DNA of 61,254 nt, counting the filler, from Sphacelaria rigidula (Eukaryota): the NCBI GenBank assembly GCA_964200075.2. It is 8 parts of 8 records of this genome, joined end to end, with 100 filler letters (N's around TTAATTAATTAA, not from the genome) between each part and the next. Parts side by side here need not be neighbours in the genome. Positions count along the whole stretch, not along the records: positions 30,680 to 38,248 come from CAXNAA020014299.1; positions 38,349 to 45,917 come from CAXNAA020014300.1; positions 46,018 to 53,586 come from CAXNAA020014301.1; 5 more parts are not named here. One strand, 5' to 3'. How positions within the stretch are numbered: the first letter of the stretch is position 1; every line of letters begins with the position of its first letter. The notes beneath the pieces are model-generated. The model did no database searches, had not been told where the DNA came from, and saw only the letters and a list, made by a program, of their open reading frames with translations. A program made the translations under genes and the position numbers. This document shows positions 36,871 to 51,419 of the stretch, piece after piece.

Positions 36871-37272
36871 AGTAGAGGGTACGATGAAAAGAGGGAAGCC
36901 GTCAATAAATGAAGGGCAATGGCCTAGAAAGTGTATACCTTCTCGTTTTTCGCCGAGAAGAGGTACGAAAAATGGCCAGGAACGCGAAGACAACCAAACA
37001 CGCCATTTTGACCTTTTTCGCTCCGGAATTTTCACGCACATAGTTCGGGGGGGCCATTGGCACCCGGGACTCGAAAACAAACGGATAAAATACATGTTAC
37101 TCGAGATATATGACCACGCGAAATCGGACATTTCGCCTCCAGAAACCGCGTACCTTTTGTAGGCCACATTTCGCTGATGTATACCTGATGCTAGGAATTA
37201 TTTTTAAATCGTACCTTATTTGGGCCACCGATCGGCCAAGAACGTACCTCTGCTAGGCCATCGCTCTCTACA
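36871..37272. repeat. MITE-like segment with a repeated GTACCT..(T)AGGCCA subterminal motif
   Basis: The motif occurs at ~37150, 37181, 37210 and 37243, with inverted versions at ~36920-36980. Weak GTAGAG/CTCTAC ends. Confidence 0.35.
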
Positions 37273-39627
37273 CTGTGCCAGAGAATCTACGCGCCAACTC
37301 CAACCATGGCGCCCACACATTCGACTTTTTTCCCGCTCATTTGTCGTTCACGGTCGCCACCACGACCACGCCCCTTTCTTCCCGGAAACCGTTCCCGAGT
37401 CTCTCCGCATCGACAAAATAACTCGACTTATAACTCACAACGCGTCGGTCTTTTGTGATACTCTACCGGGGTTTGTGAAACACCTTACTGTTCCGATCTC
37501 GGGGCTGGTGTCACGCGGTGAAGCTAGGCTCTTCCGTTACGAACGGGTGGTTGTCACATCATCGATGGTTGGTTCAAGCAACGGATACAGTACTGGCGAT
37601 CAGGCATATACTGTAGGAACAGGATGATAACTCTCATGGACGTACGTCGCTGAACGCACGCACACCCCGCCGAGCCCGCGTGAATCGTCCTTGGTAGTAC
37701 TTCAAACTGCTCCATTAACCCGAACATGATGACACCCATCTTCTTCCCTCCTTCTCCGCTATCACCATAATATAGTAGCAGTTGGGCCGCCCAAGACGCT
37801 CACTTTCTATCAGCTTGTTCGAACTGACGATGTATCGCGAGTTGTGCCAGCACAGATAACCAGCGTTGGCCTACAAATGTCCATCGTTGATATTACTTGA
37901 TTAGAGTGTGCACAACGAGACTCGGATTTCAAGTACGGCTGACGGTCCCTGTGCGCAGGTTTCGTCGAAACCGACGCCACAGGAGCTGATTTGGGGTCTG
38001 CAAAGGCCACACTTTGCCAAGGGAATGTTATGTGCCGCCCTTGTCCAAAGGTTCCGGTTCACGATGGGTTGGGGTTAGGGTTTTGCGGGTAGGGGTAGGG
38101 GTTGCGATACTTGTAAAATGTGTCGACCATGAACAGTCAACAGTCGATCCTAATTTTTGGGGTTGAACTATAAAATGCGGTTCAACCCGCAAATCGCTTC
38201 CGTTGGGAAAATACAAAACAGTAACACAAAAGGAAGGTATTTTCCCCCNNNNNNNNNNNNNNNNNNNNNNNNNNNNNNNNNNNNNNNNNNNNTTAATTAA
38301 TTAANNNNNNNNNNNNNNNNNNNNNNNNNNNNNNNNNNNNNNNNNNNNTTTTCTCTTCTATTTTTTTTTTTGGGGTTGGGTTATGGGTTGTTGGTTTTTT
38401 TTTTTGTTTGGGTTCCCGGCGGGGGGGGGGGGGGGGGGGGGGGGGTCGTACTCATTTGTTGCTTGCCTTAGTCGTTCGACCATTGAGGGGGTATCTTCGG
38501 ATGTGCACAAAGCTAGATATGCCACAGATTACTGAAAATCTCCATCTCGATGGCGAAATGCAACATTCTGCTATTCGTACATGCTTCGAACACTACTGGA
38601 AAATGCATAACCCCTCCAGCGCTCAGCATATCCCTAATCAGAGACGAGGGGCTGGCAATCTGAGGATTTGGAAAACGAGCTGTTGTTGCTGTCGCTGTTA
38701 ATCATCACAGTAGCCATTTTCCGGGAATCAAGCGCCCGTAGACACGAAGCTGTGGCAGAAAAAGGCAGAACATGAGGGGAAAAAATTATATGCTCACGAA
38801 CACGAAAAATCACTGCGCCGGGCAGGATGGGGTTTTACGAACACGCCAGCCAAGAATAACAATTGACGCAACACTATTCGCGCGGCTTGAAATAACGAAC
38901 GGACAAAAAAATCGTCGGTGACATAGTACGCGGGCCAGAAGAGGCCAAATAGGGGAACTAAGCAAGTCGGCGGAACGAACAGGTCAGGCCAGGACAAGGC
39001 AAGTCAATGCAAGGTCAGGCAAGACGAGACCCGACAAGAGCCAAAGGACAGTAGGATCGAATTACAGGCCAGCAAAAATGAGATATAACAACATACAATA
39101 ATCACGGCAAGCTGCAGGCGTAGGTGTAGATGCCCCACAGGCGGACATGGGGGATAAATACGGTTTTTCATATAAGATAAGCATAGTGCACATACATCAC
39201 TGTAGTGCAAACAATGGTTGCGGGGGGCAGGTACGAGGTGCCCTGTAGTTCAAGATACAAATGCTTGTAGTCCTGGAAATGCATGAGGGTTGCATCAACG
39301 ATAGCTCTTTCATTCTTAGTCGAACATTGCTCCTCTATGCTGGAGCAGTCGATCAAATCCGGCCGTTTGATCAACACTGGCTTCGTGTGGGAAACAGTCT
39401 CCTTCCTTAGCGCAGGCTTTGCTGCTGCCCATCCAATCCCCTTAGATGATATTTAACGATACCGAAAAACGACGGTGTGTGATACAGACTACACATGACC
39501 GAGGACCCAATACGGTCGATAGAGACAACACCCAGGTGTGGTCATGATACGAGTGCGTCGCGATCACGACAGGAATAATCAAGGTCATCCAGGGGACGTG
39601 TTCAAATCCCCCAGGTGTTTCACTCAC

Positions 39628-39946
39628 CCCAGGTACATCATCCTCGTACGCCGAGCTCACCACGTCCAGGTCAGCGATCTGTAAAAATTCAGGCAAGCAT
39701 GCAAGAAACGGATTAGGGACAACGGACAGACGGCAAATGGTAGACGTCAACGGACTACGAGTGAATAGCGATACTCTACGACCACACTCATGTGAATTTG
39801 GTATCCAGGTCTCACCATTCTCTTCATCTCCTCGTTGCCGCCGGAGTGGTCCCAGTGCTTGTGCGTGCACAGTATTGCCGAAATTTCAACACCCCGGTCT
39901 TTGGCCGCCGCGACAACCTTGCCTTGCCCGCGCATCGCATCGTAAA

Positions 39947-39979
<33 letters not shown>

Positions 39980-40532
39980 TAGCAACAATCAGCGAACATG
40001 GCAGTGGAGCGTTTAGAACAAGACGTGTTGTACACTCAAGACGTTCGCCGCGAATCGACCTTGCATGACATGTACGGACATGGGGCTGTTTCACTCGAAT
40101 GCGATAGGTAGGGTGCATCTGTCGCCATCATAATCTTGCGATCCCCCGACGGGTGTCAGTGCGAGCATAGGAAACCGGCGCTAGGGAGTCGCAGGGGCGT
40201 CAAAAACATGCTCTCCATACATGCTACTGTGCAATACCACCCATTCTGCGGAAAGGTGTGATAACCACACCCTGTACAACAGGATACAGTCAAAAAGTGT
40301 ACTGCGTACGGTATCCACTATGAAGCCTTCCGCAACAGACAACAGATTCCATACTGTACGCAGTACATTCTTTAAAAATATAATCCATTGTCCAGGGTGT
40401 GGTGATAACAACGTTTAACATGCGCCATCTGCAATCACTGCACCTTCGATGGTTCGGCAGGGTCGACACACGCCGTCTTTCCCGTGGCAGGATCGATGAG
40501 CAGATACGCGTAGTTGTCTTGCAGGATTGGCA
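39628..40532 (-). CDS. HAGH: Hydroxyacylglutathione hydrolase (glyoxalase II family), partial
   Basis: Exons 40532-40444 (PILQDNYAYLLIDPATGKTACVDPAEPSK), 39917-39816 (VVAAAKDRGVEISAILCTHKHWDHSGGNEEMKRM) and 39678-39628 (IADLDVVSSAYEDDVPG) are phase-compatible. They carry the DNY, VDP and THxHxDH-xGGN motifs. The symbol is family-level only. Upstream exons are unresolved and no downstream exons were found. Confidence 0.9.
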
Positions 40533-43500
40533 CTTTTCACGGGGAGATGCGAAAGCAATGGTGGGTATGCAAATAGAACGACAGGCAGCGGAGGGACAGA
40601 CGGACACGAAGAAACAGAGAGGAGGGGCGAGGGGAGGAAACCCGTACATGGATACGATGAGATATAGACCGCGGGAAGAAAATGCCGCAGGAGGAACGCG
40701 CAGGCAACAGGACACGTTTGCGCGTACAGTGCGACGGGAATACTCGGGACTGTCGCTAGTGTCATGTTGCTCAATAAGAGCCGGCGGCGTGGGTTGAGGG
40801 GCAAAACATACAGAGGCATGCTGTAAGAACTACGCACAAGCACCGAAAAGCACTGTCTTGATACAGTTTTGTGTACGCTACTGACTAAGTTCGCGGTCAA
40901 GGGAGAAATGCCGCTGAAACCTCACATCAAACCTCTGCACCCGGAGCGCGCAGCGTCGCGCACAACATAAGAGGCTTTGTGGATCGCCTTCAGGCTCGAT
41001 GAATATTCTGCACCAAAACCACTCCACTGGGAAAACAAACATCTGTGATGCGTGCAGCACAAGGTTTAGCACGACCTGAAAAAAAGGAAAGGAACCGAAA
41101 TTCGGACTCGAAAACCAAAACCAGACCAAAACCGAAATATACTTCAGATAACTACTTCGAACAATGACTTTAGAACACAATCAAGTTCCGAAACGGCCCA
41201 TTTTCACCCCCCCCCAAATAATATACTGCTTCCTGAAAACGTACACGGTCCTCTGATTTCCCCGGAGCTGCCCAAGTCGATTGACCGCACGGCAGCAATG
41301 TTATCTTGATTTTTCGTACTGAGATGTCGGGATTTTGTCCATACGCTACACACATGCGGCACTGTTCTGAGTCAGGATGTGCCCCCCTTTCAGTTGTTCC
41401 AAGTATGGGATTGTTCCGAGCATGATTTTCTCAGTTCACAGACTTCTCGCGAGGAGGGGAAAAATTACTGTACGCGTATCGGGCTAATTCATCCGAATAT
41501 TGAAGATTTTTTTTCTCCCGTGTTTGACAAGTCGGTATTACAATGATTTGATAAACATGAAATACACTTTCTCGCACTTTGTTCCTTCAAAACCTGGCAA
41601 TTTTCAGATGCGATTTCGCACGGCATGAACCGCTCAGGGAGATACGTTCAAATCCATTGATAGAAAAGGACCTTCCCCCATACTGGTCCTGAAGGTAGAG
41701 AGATCGTCGATGACCATGTAGGTTTTCTCAAGATTCGAAGATCTGCGTCATGCAATCAACTTGCCTCAAGGTCAATATTCTTCCGGCATCTATCGGTGGG
41801 TCTGAGGGATTTTCAATGAAACTAGGAGCTCCAGATTTTTTCATGTGATTTCGCGGCTTGTGGCAAAAATCCCCCGAATCCCGAAACGTTGGGGAACGGA
41901 GCTTGCGATTATCTCTGGACACAAGGGACACTGAAGAGGGAAAGAGGTATGCATGTGACCGCGGTGACCAACCACACATGCATACCTTGTGAAATTTGGA
42001 GATGGGGTTAGCGTTCAGAGAAAATGAGAGAGATCGCTGCAGATCTGCAATTTTTTTCGGCTAGAACGACTATACACTGTACAGCGATCACTGTTCAGTA
42101 TCCTGGATATCCGCCCAGGCTGGTGTCACTCGCGTTTTAGGATTTATTTTCACAGCAAGCTCTACTGTAGGATATGCTTGGCTACCGTCTTCTTCACCAA
42201 CACAGTGAAGATAGCAACCATCACGGCGGCAAAGCGCCGGCAGCAAGGTGAGACCCGCCAAAAACGCACCTGCAAAGAAGTCAGTTGCAGCGCGAGCCTA
42301 TCATACGTTCAGTACATGTACAATATACGACAGCGGTGCTGAATGCTACCATCAAAGAGCGCACCGCCTGAAATGAGACTCGGCCACGCGTCAATATGTT
42401 GCCGTGGAGTATCCGTGAGCGATTTCGACGTCTCTCGATTCAATTTCACAACGAAATCAGTGCCCGTAAGTTTGAAAAGTTCCGCCTCCCGTTTATGCGC
42501 TGTTTATCAGTTTAGGGGTCGCGGAAGAAGCGCAAAGTCTAAAACTACCGCATCCTCTTGAACACTTGGGCGATGCTCGCTCGTGTCACGAGATATCGGG
42601 GGTAGGGCAGCGCGAAAAACTCGGCTTTCAGCGGTGGACCCCCATTGCTCGGTAAGGTACAGACAAGCACTTCGGCTTTGCAATCGAATCTAGCGACATG
42701 GAAAATTCTTGGAGTATGAATGTCATCTATCGTACGCTGTGCGTGTGTGTGTGTCGGGTTTCGCTGCAGGCATTGCGTTTGTTTGAGTGAAGACTCACAA
42801 CGTGATGAATCGACCCCATCCAGCGTGTGAAACATTTTGCACCCTGCTCGTGAAACATTTTGTTTCTAACTTCGAGTTCCTGTGCACGTCTTTCCCTGGC
42901 GATGGTTGCGATCTACAAGGGTAAAATTCTGTACAGGAGCCTTAACTTGCACCCTACGATACAACCTGTGTTCTGAGATTTTCATGCGCTACTCCAACCG
43001 GGCGGGTGGCATTGAACTTCACATTACGTCCCAAAACAATCCTGAGTGTGATCTTGCGATTTCGGGTGGCACGTGCTTTGCAGTGACCATGCACACCGCA
43101 GCATCATTGACTTAATGATAGACTGATTATATGTCACACATCAACTGGTTTGTCATGAATCCAGCCTTGGTCACGAGATAGACGCACCCGAGGTAAATAA
43201 ACGGTAACGCTCTCGCGGGAGAAGACTCTAAAAATAAGGGAAAGGTCAAGGGAGCGAGAAACAAGGGGAAAAAGAAAAGGAAAAAGGAGGGAAAAACATC
43301 AACCGTCATACTAAGTTCTCGAACTGCTTTCAAGAAAAAACCCTACAGTAGCAAGCCCCTGCCGCATGGCTTCGGGTAAGGAGGCTGCGCAAAATAGAAT
43401 GCGGTGTACATCACCCGTGCAACATATTCTACATCTTCACTGCGTAACACCCCCCCCACTCCCCCGTGGTGAGGACATAGGTGTAGTTGGGGGAGAGAGT

Positions 43501-44015
43501 CTATCCTATGATTCCAGTTGGAGTTAAGCCTATCAGGCGCAGCCCCCCCCCCCCCCCCCCCCGTTCAGCCCCTTCCTAGATATCACCCTCGGAGGATGGG
43601 TTCCCGGATCTCGACCTTGCCCCGAACCCACATCATCCGGGGGTCACATACAGCGAGTGTATGGCACATACCGGGTAACACCTCTGCGCAAACTCCAGAG
43701 GCAGCGTCGTTGACGACAGCACCAGACACAGAGCTCGCCGACATCGCCATAGGTTGCTGCTGCCGCGATATTCTGCCCGTGTTTCCGTTCCTGGCAAGAA
43801 TGTCAAACTGTCGCGGTAAAATTGAGCTATGGTGAGCTTTGAGAGCGTTGCTGCCTCCGCCGTCGTGTGATGCTATCGCCCATTGCCGCCCTGAGTATGT
43901 GCAAATATGGGATATGCGATCGAAGTTTCAAAATTTCACGTTACGGTCGATGCTTGCGCACGGTACTATTGTAGTGTAGTAGCGATACTGTACCGAACCT
44001 ATCATGACTGCTGCG

Positions 44016-44185
44016 TGCAGTGTTCGTTGAGGGCAAGCTTCAATCTACTGTACATCATCGGTTCAAGCTTCCACGGCACAACACAGCCCACGCTTGTGTA
44101 TGCAGTGTTCGTTGAGGGCAAGCTTCAATCTACTGTACATCATCGGTTCAAGCTTCCACGGCACAACACAGCCCACGCTTGTGTA
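44016..44185. repeat. Perfect tandem duplication, 2 x 85 bp
   Basis: TGCAGTGTTCGTTGAGGG...CACGCTTGTGTA at 44016 and 44101. Confidence 0.95.
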
Positions 44186-44719
44186 CGGTACTGTACTGTT
44201 ATGGGTGTGAACGGGGGGGGCTAACGACCAAAGAAAGCTCCCCGAAAAATACAAATGAAACACAGAGGAATAACGAGCACTACATCAGGTCGAACAGAAC
44301 ACGAACAGAACACACGCTTTATCCCTAATCAACTTGGTTTAGTATGCGACAGGTGGAGCACTTTTCATCGCGAGTTTTTCGACACAAGAAGTCGGCCCGC
44401 AGCACGTCACAGCCCCCCACATACACATAACAGCTAGGTCAAGTCGTTACCCCTTTGCCCAATTTGCCATAGTGGTAGCGGAAAAAGCCCCCCTCCCCCA
44501 AGAAAAAACATCTTGTATACTTTGGCTGGAGGCGGCATAGTGTCATGCGCGAGGGCAGTTTCGTAGCGGCGCGACCCAAATTGGGTGAGTGGGAAGCGCA
44601 CTCAACAAACCGCAGTCCAATCTTCTGCTTCGTTGCCGAGATAACCGCGTTGAAAGATCGGCACAACAACATATTGCAACAAGAGGGGCACAACAACAAC
44701 ACGAGCAGCAGCTCTTATC

Positions 44720-45100
44720 TAGGGATGTGCACGGATTAAGAGTAAATCCGCGGAGCGGATTATTACGGTGCGGATTGTCAAACCGCACCGCTCCGTCACA
44801 ATCCGTGACTTTGTTCAGAAGAGCATATTCGCTTTATATCACACCACAAAAGTCCGCTTTGTTCCGTGACATAATAAAAGGGTGGATATCCATTCTGCAA
44901 TAATTCTGGAGTTTTCCGATGTGCAGATATTCGCTCCGTTTCGTGACAATTTGATAAAACCGCTCCGCTTCGCATGTACTACAGCTGCGGGGTTGGAACC
45001 GTGAATAGCGCTTTTCTACGGAGCGGTTTTTTCCACTCCGTAGTTCATCCGTGCGTTCTTCGTAACATAACGTACGGATCAAACCGCTGAAGAGCCGAGG
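44720..45100. mobile_element. Possible hAT-type MITE remnant
   Basis: Starts TAGGGATGTGCACGG and is dense in AACCG/TCCG/CGGA pentamers like hAT subterminal repeats. No matching right end seen. Confidence 0.35.
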
Positions 45101-46263
45101 ATTTCCACGGACGACACTGTTACGGATGTGGGATAACTTATACTTCGAAGGATAAAAAATTTATTCTGGATAAGCATTTCGCCGATACGGTTTTAAAACC
45201 CTGCTGTGAATCATGCAAACCGGACAGACAGGAGTGGTCGAGCTCGCTGACTATCGACCGCGAAAAGGGTTGTGAGTTGTGGGCGACCGGGCGTAACGCT
45301 TTCAGTTTTCAGGCTTCAGGAGTGGTGGAACAAGAAAGAGGACGTGGCATAACCATAGGAGCCGAGGGTGAAAGGGAGCGCCTTCGTGTGTGTGTTACAA
45401 AAGTCATCATCCCGCGAAAAAATAACATGAGTACACCGCCATGGTATATAATATGAACGGGTCGTTATTCTTCACTGTTGAGTTGTTTTCACCGGCAATG
45501 TTTCGAGGTTTCTCACTACAGCTGTTGATACCATTCTTGAGGGACGCATTCCAGGCCTTTTCTCGTGGTGGAGAACCTTAGTCCTGGGTCGGGCGCTGCT
45601 GCTGTTGCGCGTCTGCTGCCCCGCTCCCCGTCACCCTGTGCTGTAGAAGGGGTGATACTCAAGTATAATATTAATATTCGATATTCTTGGTTCTGGTTTG
45701 TTTTTCTCTACGGACGCGACGTTATATGTGTGTGTGTGTTGTCTTCCCATCTATTTGGGACGCCGGTCTACACCTTTGGGTATATGTGGCCGCGCCAGCA
45801 GGGGTCACACAGGAGAAAGGTCAAGGCAGGAGTTTCTTCTTGGGTAGACGTCACAGTAGGGTATACCATGGTGCATTAGCGACAAACCTGGGTACCCTCT
45901 TTGTTCGGAGGAGAAATNNNNNNNNNNNNNNNNNNNNNNNNNNNNNNNNNNNNNNNNNNNNTTAATTAATTAANNNNNNNNNNNNNNNNNNNNNNNNNNN
46001 NNNNNNNNNNNNNNNNNAACGCAGAGTACGAAGACGCTGAAACAAATTCTAAGATCACAGAAAAAAAAAAAACGGTGTCGATAATAATGGGCTTACGGGG
46101 GGGCGACTCTCCCCGACGGTTTTTTTTTTCAGTGTAAGTCGGGTGCAGATCTTGGGTCGTACCCCCGTGGAGCTAGTCGGGGTAATTCAGACGCCAGCCT
46201 TCCGACCGACAGTCGAGCTGATTCGAACTAAAACTTTACACTCGGGAAGGAGATGATTCGTAG

Positions 46264-49200
46264 GCAGGCTACTCAGTCAACAACGTCCGTGCTGATTCGA
46301 ATGCAGATATTTCTGGTGTGGATGGGGATCGCGGGGAACCCGACGGCCCGGATACCAGTAGCGGACTTGCCGATGAGTGCGGGCGGGCTGAGGCGGACGG
46401 TGCGGGGATGGAGACGAACGACAACACATCCCTGAATGGAGAAGGACGAGACGAACGCATTCGTAAAAGTATCGAACAGACCATCAGCCAAGCGCGAATT
46501 GATATCGAAGCGGCTGCAGCAGGACAAGGGGAGGGTGGAAAACATGTCGAGGAGGGCGGGGGCGAGGTGGCGGGAAAGGTCCACCATTTGCAGGTGCCGT
46601 TGTGGTCCCTGCAGTACAATTTGGAACTGGTCGCTGGGTGCGTCAGAGTACTGTGCTGTCGGGCATGTTGCTCTCATCTCCGGCATACACCACAGGCACC
46701 CCCCTCAGCAAATCGTATATGTAGGCGGAAGAGCGACAACCCGCTATTTTATTTCGTTGCACCATGCATGCACGTATGATCTATGACAGCCACAATCCCG
46801 ATGGAAATCGGCTTTGACTCGCTCGCAGACACGTAGGTGGGCGGAGTAGAGCTCCCCAGTTCAGACTGCATCGCCGAAATCAGTGCAGTCGGCTAAGTCT
46901 TCTTGAGATGTTTCGAATTATGAGATATGTCGAAAATTCCGCATGATATCGTATCTGTAAAAACGTCAAGGCTGAAGGCGTGCTGCCGGGGGGGGGGGGG
47001 GGGGCAATATTTATTTTCGATGAGGCAATGTTCTCGACCTGTAGCGTCTCTGACGGCGTTATTTTACACATATTTGGTCTTTTATGCGTAAAATCGAACG
47101 TGCGACCGCGGTGAACCGCGATGCTCGCTGCTGTTTGCGTTTATTTGCTTCGGTACAGCTGTCATGTGCAGCTAGCTCCTTTCGCATTGCGCAATCCTCC
47201 AAGCAACTGCGGGAGTTGCAAGCTGCAACACTGACAAAATATTTTGATGTTCCAGTTCTCCGCGACCTTGAATCTCAAGTGATACAATACATGTGAGGCT
47301 GGTTGGTTAAACAGCTCTAGAATACAGACGGAGGCTCCGCGATCGTGTCTCAAAACGGTAACATACATGTAGGGTGGTTATTCTAGAATACAGACAGAGG
47401 TTCCGCGTGCGATTTCTCCGAAAATTCACGGTATCCGGCATAACCAAATCAAGATCGGCGCGGCAGCGTTTATGGAAGCTCCAGGAACTTTCGTCAGGAA
47501 CAGCAACGCCGGCATGGCCCGAGAAAGGCACGACAGTGGTACCATCAGGTACGAGAGGAACCAAATATTTCCGCGCTTCTAGTCATACGTGACTCGTGCA
47601 ATTATTACGAGTAATCGCCTTGGGATACTCAGTATATGGAGGCGGTGAAGCGAGAAAGAGGGGGTAAGAAAAACAAAATCCAAGAATTACGAACCACGAC
47701 GATAATCTCGGTTCGTCACCAAGACGGTGTGCGGCTGCTAGGCTGCCGTCTGCTGTCAATTTTATTCGTCGCCCTCTCAACCATGAAATCCTCGAATTCC
47801 CCACTTCCTTCTTCACCGCCTGCACCGTAGGTAGTACAGGACAGTATTGACGTCGTTTCCGTGTATTCTTCACATAAGTGGCCTGCAATCACTGTCCATG
47901 GTAAATGATAGCCGCGCTTCCAGGTGTTTTTCGAAAACACGGAGGAACTTTATGTTTGTCCCCCCCGCGCACCGTACTCGTAGTAACGGCAAGCGTGAGG
48001 GTCACATCTAGCCACAGTGAGAAACAGTAAACTTCGAACGCCTCCAAGTCGCTAGAGACGACTCGACGAGCAGAAGCACGTGATGCTTTGGAGCGCACTG
48101 TCTCTACGATGAGCATAAGTCGCCGTAAGACTCTCCAGCTGGCGGGGAACGTTTGTCGGACATGCACGGGCCGCCGTGACCAGGTGGTGTGAATTAAAAT
48201 GGTCCGACTGTCGCCCTCAGGGTGGAGAGAACGTGGGTTCGATACGATACCCGATGAGTTGGATTTTTTTCTTCGAATTGTCTGATTTCCACCGAAAAAA
48301 GTGCGAGTACGTGGATAAACAAAAAGTCGTTGACTGAGTTTGTTTGACGAGAGTTGACGCGCTGCAGAATTTCTGATGGTCATGATCCAATCCGCGAGGC
48401 CAAAGTACAAGGCGTGCACCGGGGAGATATGGATTGATTGATCCCTTGAGGCCACGGACTCGTTTCGAGGAGGGGGGGAGGAGGGTTCAAACTGTGGGGA
48501 AAAATAGAAGTGCACTGGACAGTTCCGCACGGTATATATGTAGGAACTAGGAAATTTTACAATTTAGGAACTCGGAAATTTTGAAGAGTCCCTTCCAGCG
48601 CTACATTACAACAAGCACAACAGCCAAATTTCCACTTTGCCACTGCTGATGGAAAAAGCTCTGACGAATCAAGGGTCTATCGAAAATATATTTCGAGACA
48701 TGTAAACCCCATGATATCGAAAAATCAAGTTTTTGAGGGGGCGGGGGGAGGGGTAGAGGGAGGGGACACCCAGCCTGACATCCCCTAGCTTTTTGTCGAG
48801 GCGTTGGCGGATGCGATCAGCTGCCGTGTACAGGGATTCTTGGGATGGAGACCGCTGAGATGACGCACACACCGCACCTCCAAGTTCATCAACTACCATG
48901 ATTACATTTATGGAATCATGTTCCGTGTCGTGTGCCTCGACTACCCACAGCTAGTAGTCCGGGCAAATTTGGCGAGGCGTGAGATATTGCTGCTACTTTG
49001 GCTACAGGCTGTCGCTACCGTGCGCCCGAGTATTGTACGTAGATGTGTGTGAGCGTTGCCGGCATCCGAGGCCATCGGGTTAGGGCGGGCAAGGAGCAGA
49101 AGCAAATATACAAACCTCGCAAAGCCCGCCAGATTTGTCGGTTTTTGTCGGTGTTCATCGATTCCTTTGAACAAAAAGACACAAAAAATCACAAAACCAA

Positions 49201-50582
49201 ATGTAAGAAACCATGACATTTTTCGAAAAATTGCCCTCCGGGAGGGGGGGGGAGAGGGGGGCGTATTCATTTCCCGCTTGCCTTAGTCGTTTGACCATTG
49301 ACCAGGCATCCCTTTCGAGACGGGGGGGGGGGGCTCCGTGTCCGGATTTTTTCTCTCGACAGACGCTTGGACGAATTAATATATTTCGGAGCTTTTCGAA
49401 CATTGACAAATTCAACATCATGAACAGATGATTTGTATTGACACTATTGCTCTCAACCTCTGAGCGAACGCCGGTCCGTTCCGCAACAAACACTGGGCAT
49501 TCCCTGTCACAGCTGGCCACCAGGTAAGTTCTTTTTAGAGTTCATTCCGACCTAATTTACTGACGTGAATCATGCCGTCAGAGTGCCGCCTTCTGAATTT
49601 GGCCACCGGAAAGATGAGTCAAAAATGCCCTCCTCTGTTCGCGCCCTCGCGTTCGTGTGCATCCACGGACGGCATCGTAGATATTGGAATGCCGGCACTA
49701 CCAAGCTTATGGACATTCTGACTTCTCTCCAGGATAAAACGACGGTCGAAACGGTGAGGTAAAACAATTTTTCGAAACGGTTGTCATGTTTGAAAGAAAA
49801 CATGGCTCTAGGGCTTCACGCACGAGTGATGCTGTGGTAGGGGTGCACTAATATTTCCTGAGGTTAGAATTGTTAGGAGCTCTTTATCTTATCGTAAACA
49901 CGAGTTATGGAAATATGTGAGAGTATGTCAGGATTACTATTCCAATGTTCTGGGAACATCTCGAATGCATGGGCAAACGGGAATGCCCTGACCCACACTC
50001 TTATGAATCTAGAATCTTTAGGAGCCCCTGAACCAGACAAGATTTCGCACAAAAAGTGCACCCGTACCGTACAGCAATGCTCGCACGGTCCGACCGCACT
50101 CATAGTTTCCCCATAAAACAGTCATGCGTCGTCTGCCCTCGACTCTGCGCGTGCCGAGAGTAGACGTAAAGCCAAGGTCTGAAGTCTACGCCCCATGCCG
50201 ACTCCGTCCAAGGGACGATACAGAGACTAGGTGGACACAACCCCCGACCAGCGGCACTCCCGATCCAGTCGGAAACCTCAACCTTACCGTACTGGCGCCA
50301 CCGTGGTGTTACTCAGGCGTGCTTCATGTCGCTTCGTGTTGGTAGCGTGGCACTTCGCTACTGTACTGTTCCCCCACCCGCCAGCCATAAAAGTACGAAA
50401 TAAATAAGCTCGCCCAGGAGTCGCAAAAATGTCTTGACGCTCCATTTGGTTTCGCTGGGACATGTTTCAGGTGCACGTGGGGCAACTCCAATATGCGGAC
50501 ACAGTGCAGCTAGCGTGCCACCATCTGGGCTGCGACGATCTCGACCCGATCGCCGGGGTTACTCTGTATCTCCGAACATGCG
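46264..50582 (+). CDS. Partial multi-exon gene; the last exons resemble the STAND NTPase region of soluble adenylate cyclase-like proteins
   Basis: Candidate exons: ~46264-46593, 47159-47292, 47724-~47830, a short exon ending 49523, 49681-49753 (YWNAGTTKLMDILTSLQDKTTVET) and 50471-50582 (VHVGQLQYADTVQLACHHLGCDDLDPIAGVTLYLRTC-G). Most junctions are phase-compatible; the middle ones are unresolved. The family call is inference. Confidence 0.55.
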
Positions 50583-51419
50583 GTGAGCCTCCTGGGTTCT
50601 CATGCGTCGCTTGTGTCTGCGATGGCAAGCACTGGTACCCCTGTGCTTCCCCAAACGCAGCGCCGGCCTCCGAAGTTTTGGACTGCTCCGTGTGTGTTGC
50701 TCTTTTTGTTTGTCTATCTTGGTCATATGCGCCACACGTCATGAAGGGCATCACGCGCACTGAGGCAACCCCGCCTCCCGGGTAAAATTGCGAAACAGAA
50801 GTTGGGCACGAAGTGTGACAAACTTCCGCATGGCCAATAATGAAGCATTCCTAACAAGGTTTGCTTGGAAAACTCCGTACGGGTACGGCAGACATGTCAA
50901 CGATGTGTCAGCTATTAGGCAGTGTCCGGACACGGTTTGCGTTCCCTGAGCGTACTTTTTTCAGCGACCATTTGGCATAGGTTTGACCGTTTCGGAGAGG
51001 CGTTCTTGATTTCCCAAAGTATCAAGAACGTCGGGTCTCGCGCGAAAAAGCGGAACGGTGCCCGGAAACGGTCATACTAGTCAGAGTAAGCCTATTCTTT
51101 GGGGTCCGATCTTTCCCTGTAGATGTTTGAGTTGGGAGACATCTTGACAGCGCTGTTGATCTCGAAACAGAAGATATAGCCACCACTTTTCTGTGACATT
51201 ATGAATCGCCTCAGAGCTCACTCTTCCAATTTTTCATGGCTTGTAGGCTTCACAAAAGGTTGTTTGCCGGAACACCGACTGGCAATTGTAGTAACACGCG
51301 TTGCACTTATTGTGAGCTTTGAAAATATGTTTCTACACCGCCTCCATATTTTTTCATTTCTACTTAAACTTTATGCGAGTAGCGTCTTGCGAACCCCTGA
51401 AAACCTTGCACGGTTCGAA

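Noticed and set aside
38065-38105. TTAGGG-like hexamers (also ~2490-2530 and ~5018-5045) as a telomere or telomerase template
   Set aside because: Short, degenerate and embedded in or next to dispersed repeats; not a terminal array.
40660-43750. Upstream exons of the glyoxalase II gene
   Set aside because: Several candidate segments (~40930-41008, ~42187-42269, ~43682-43750) have splice-like ends, but no unambiguous phase-consistent chain could be built.
48180-48270. Functional tRNA gene (also 25163-25245)
   Set aside because: A/B-box-like motifs are present, but I could not fold an acceptor stem or a canonical anticodon arm.
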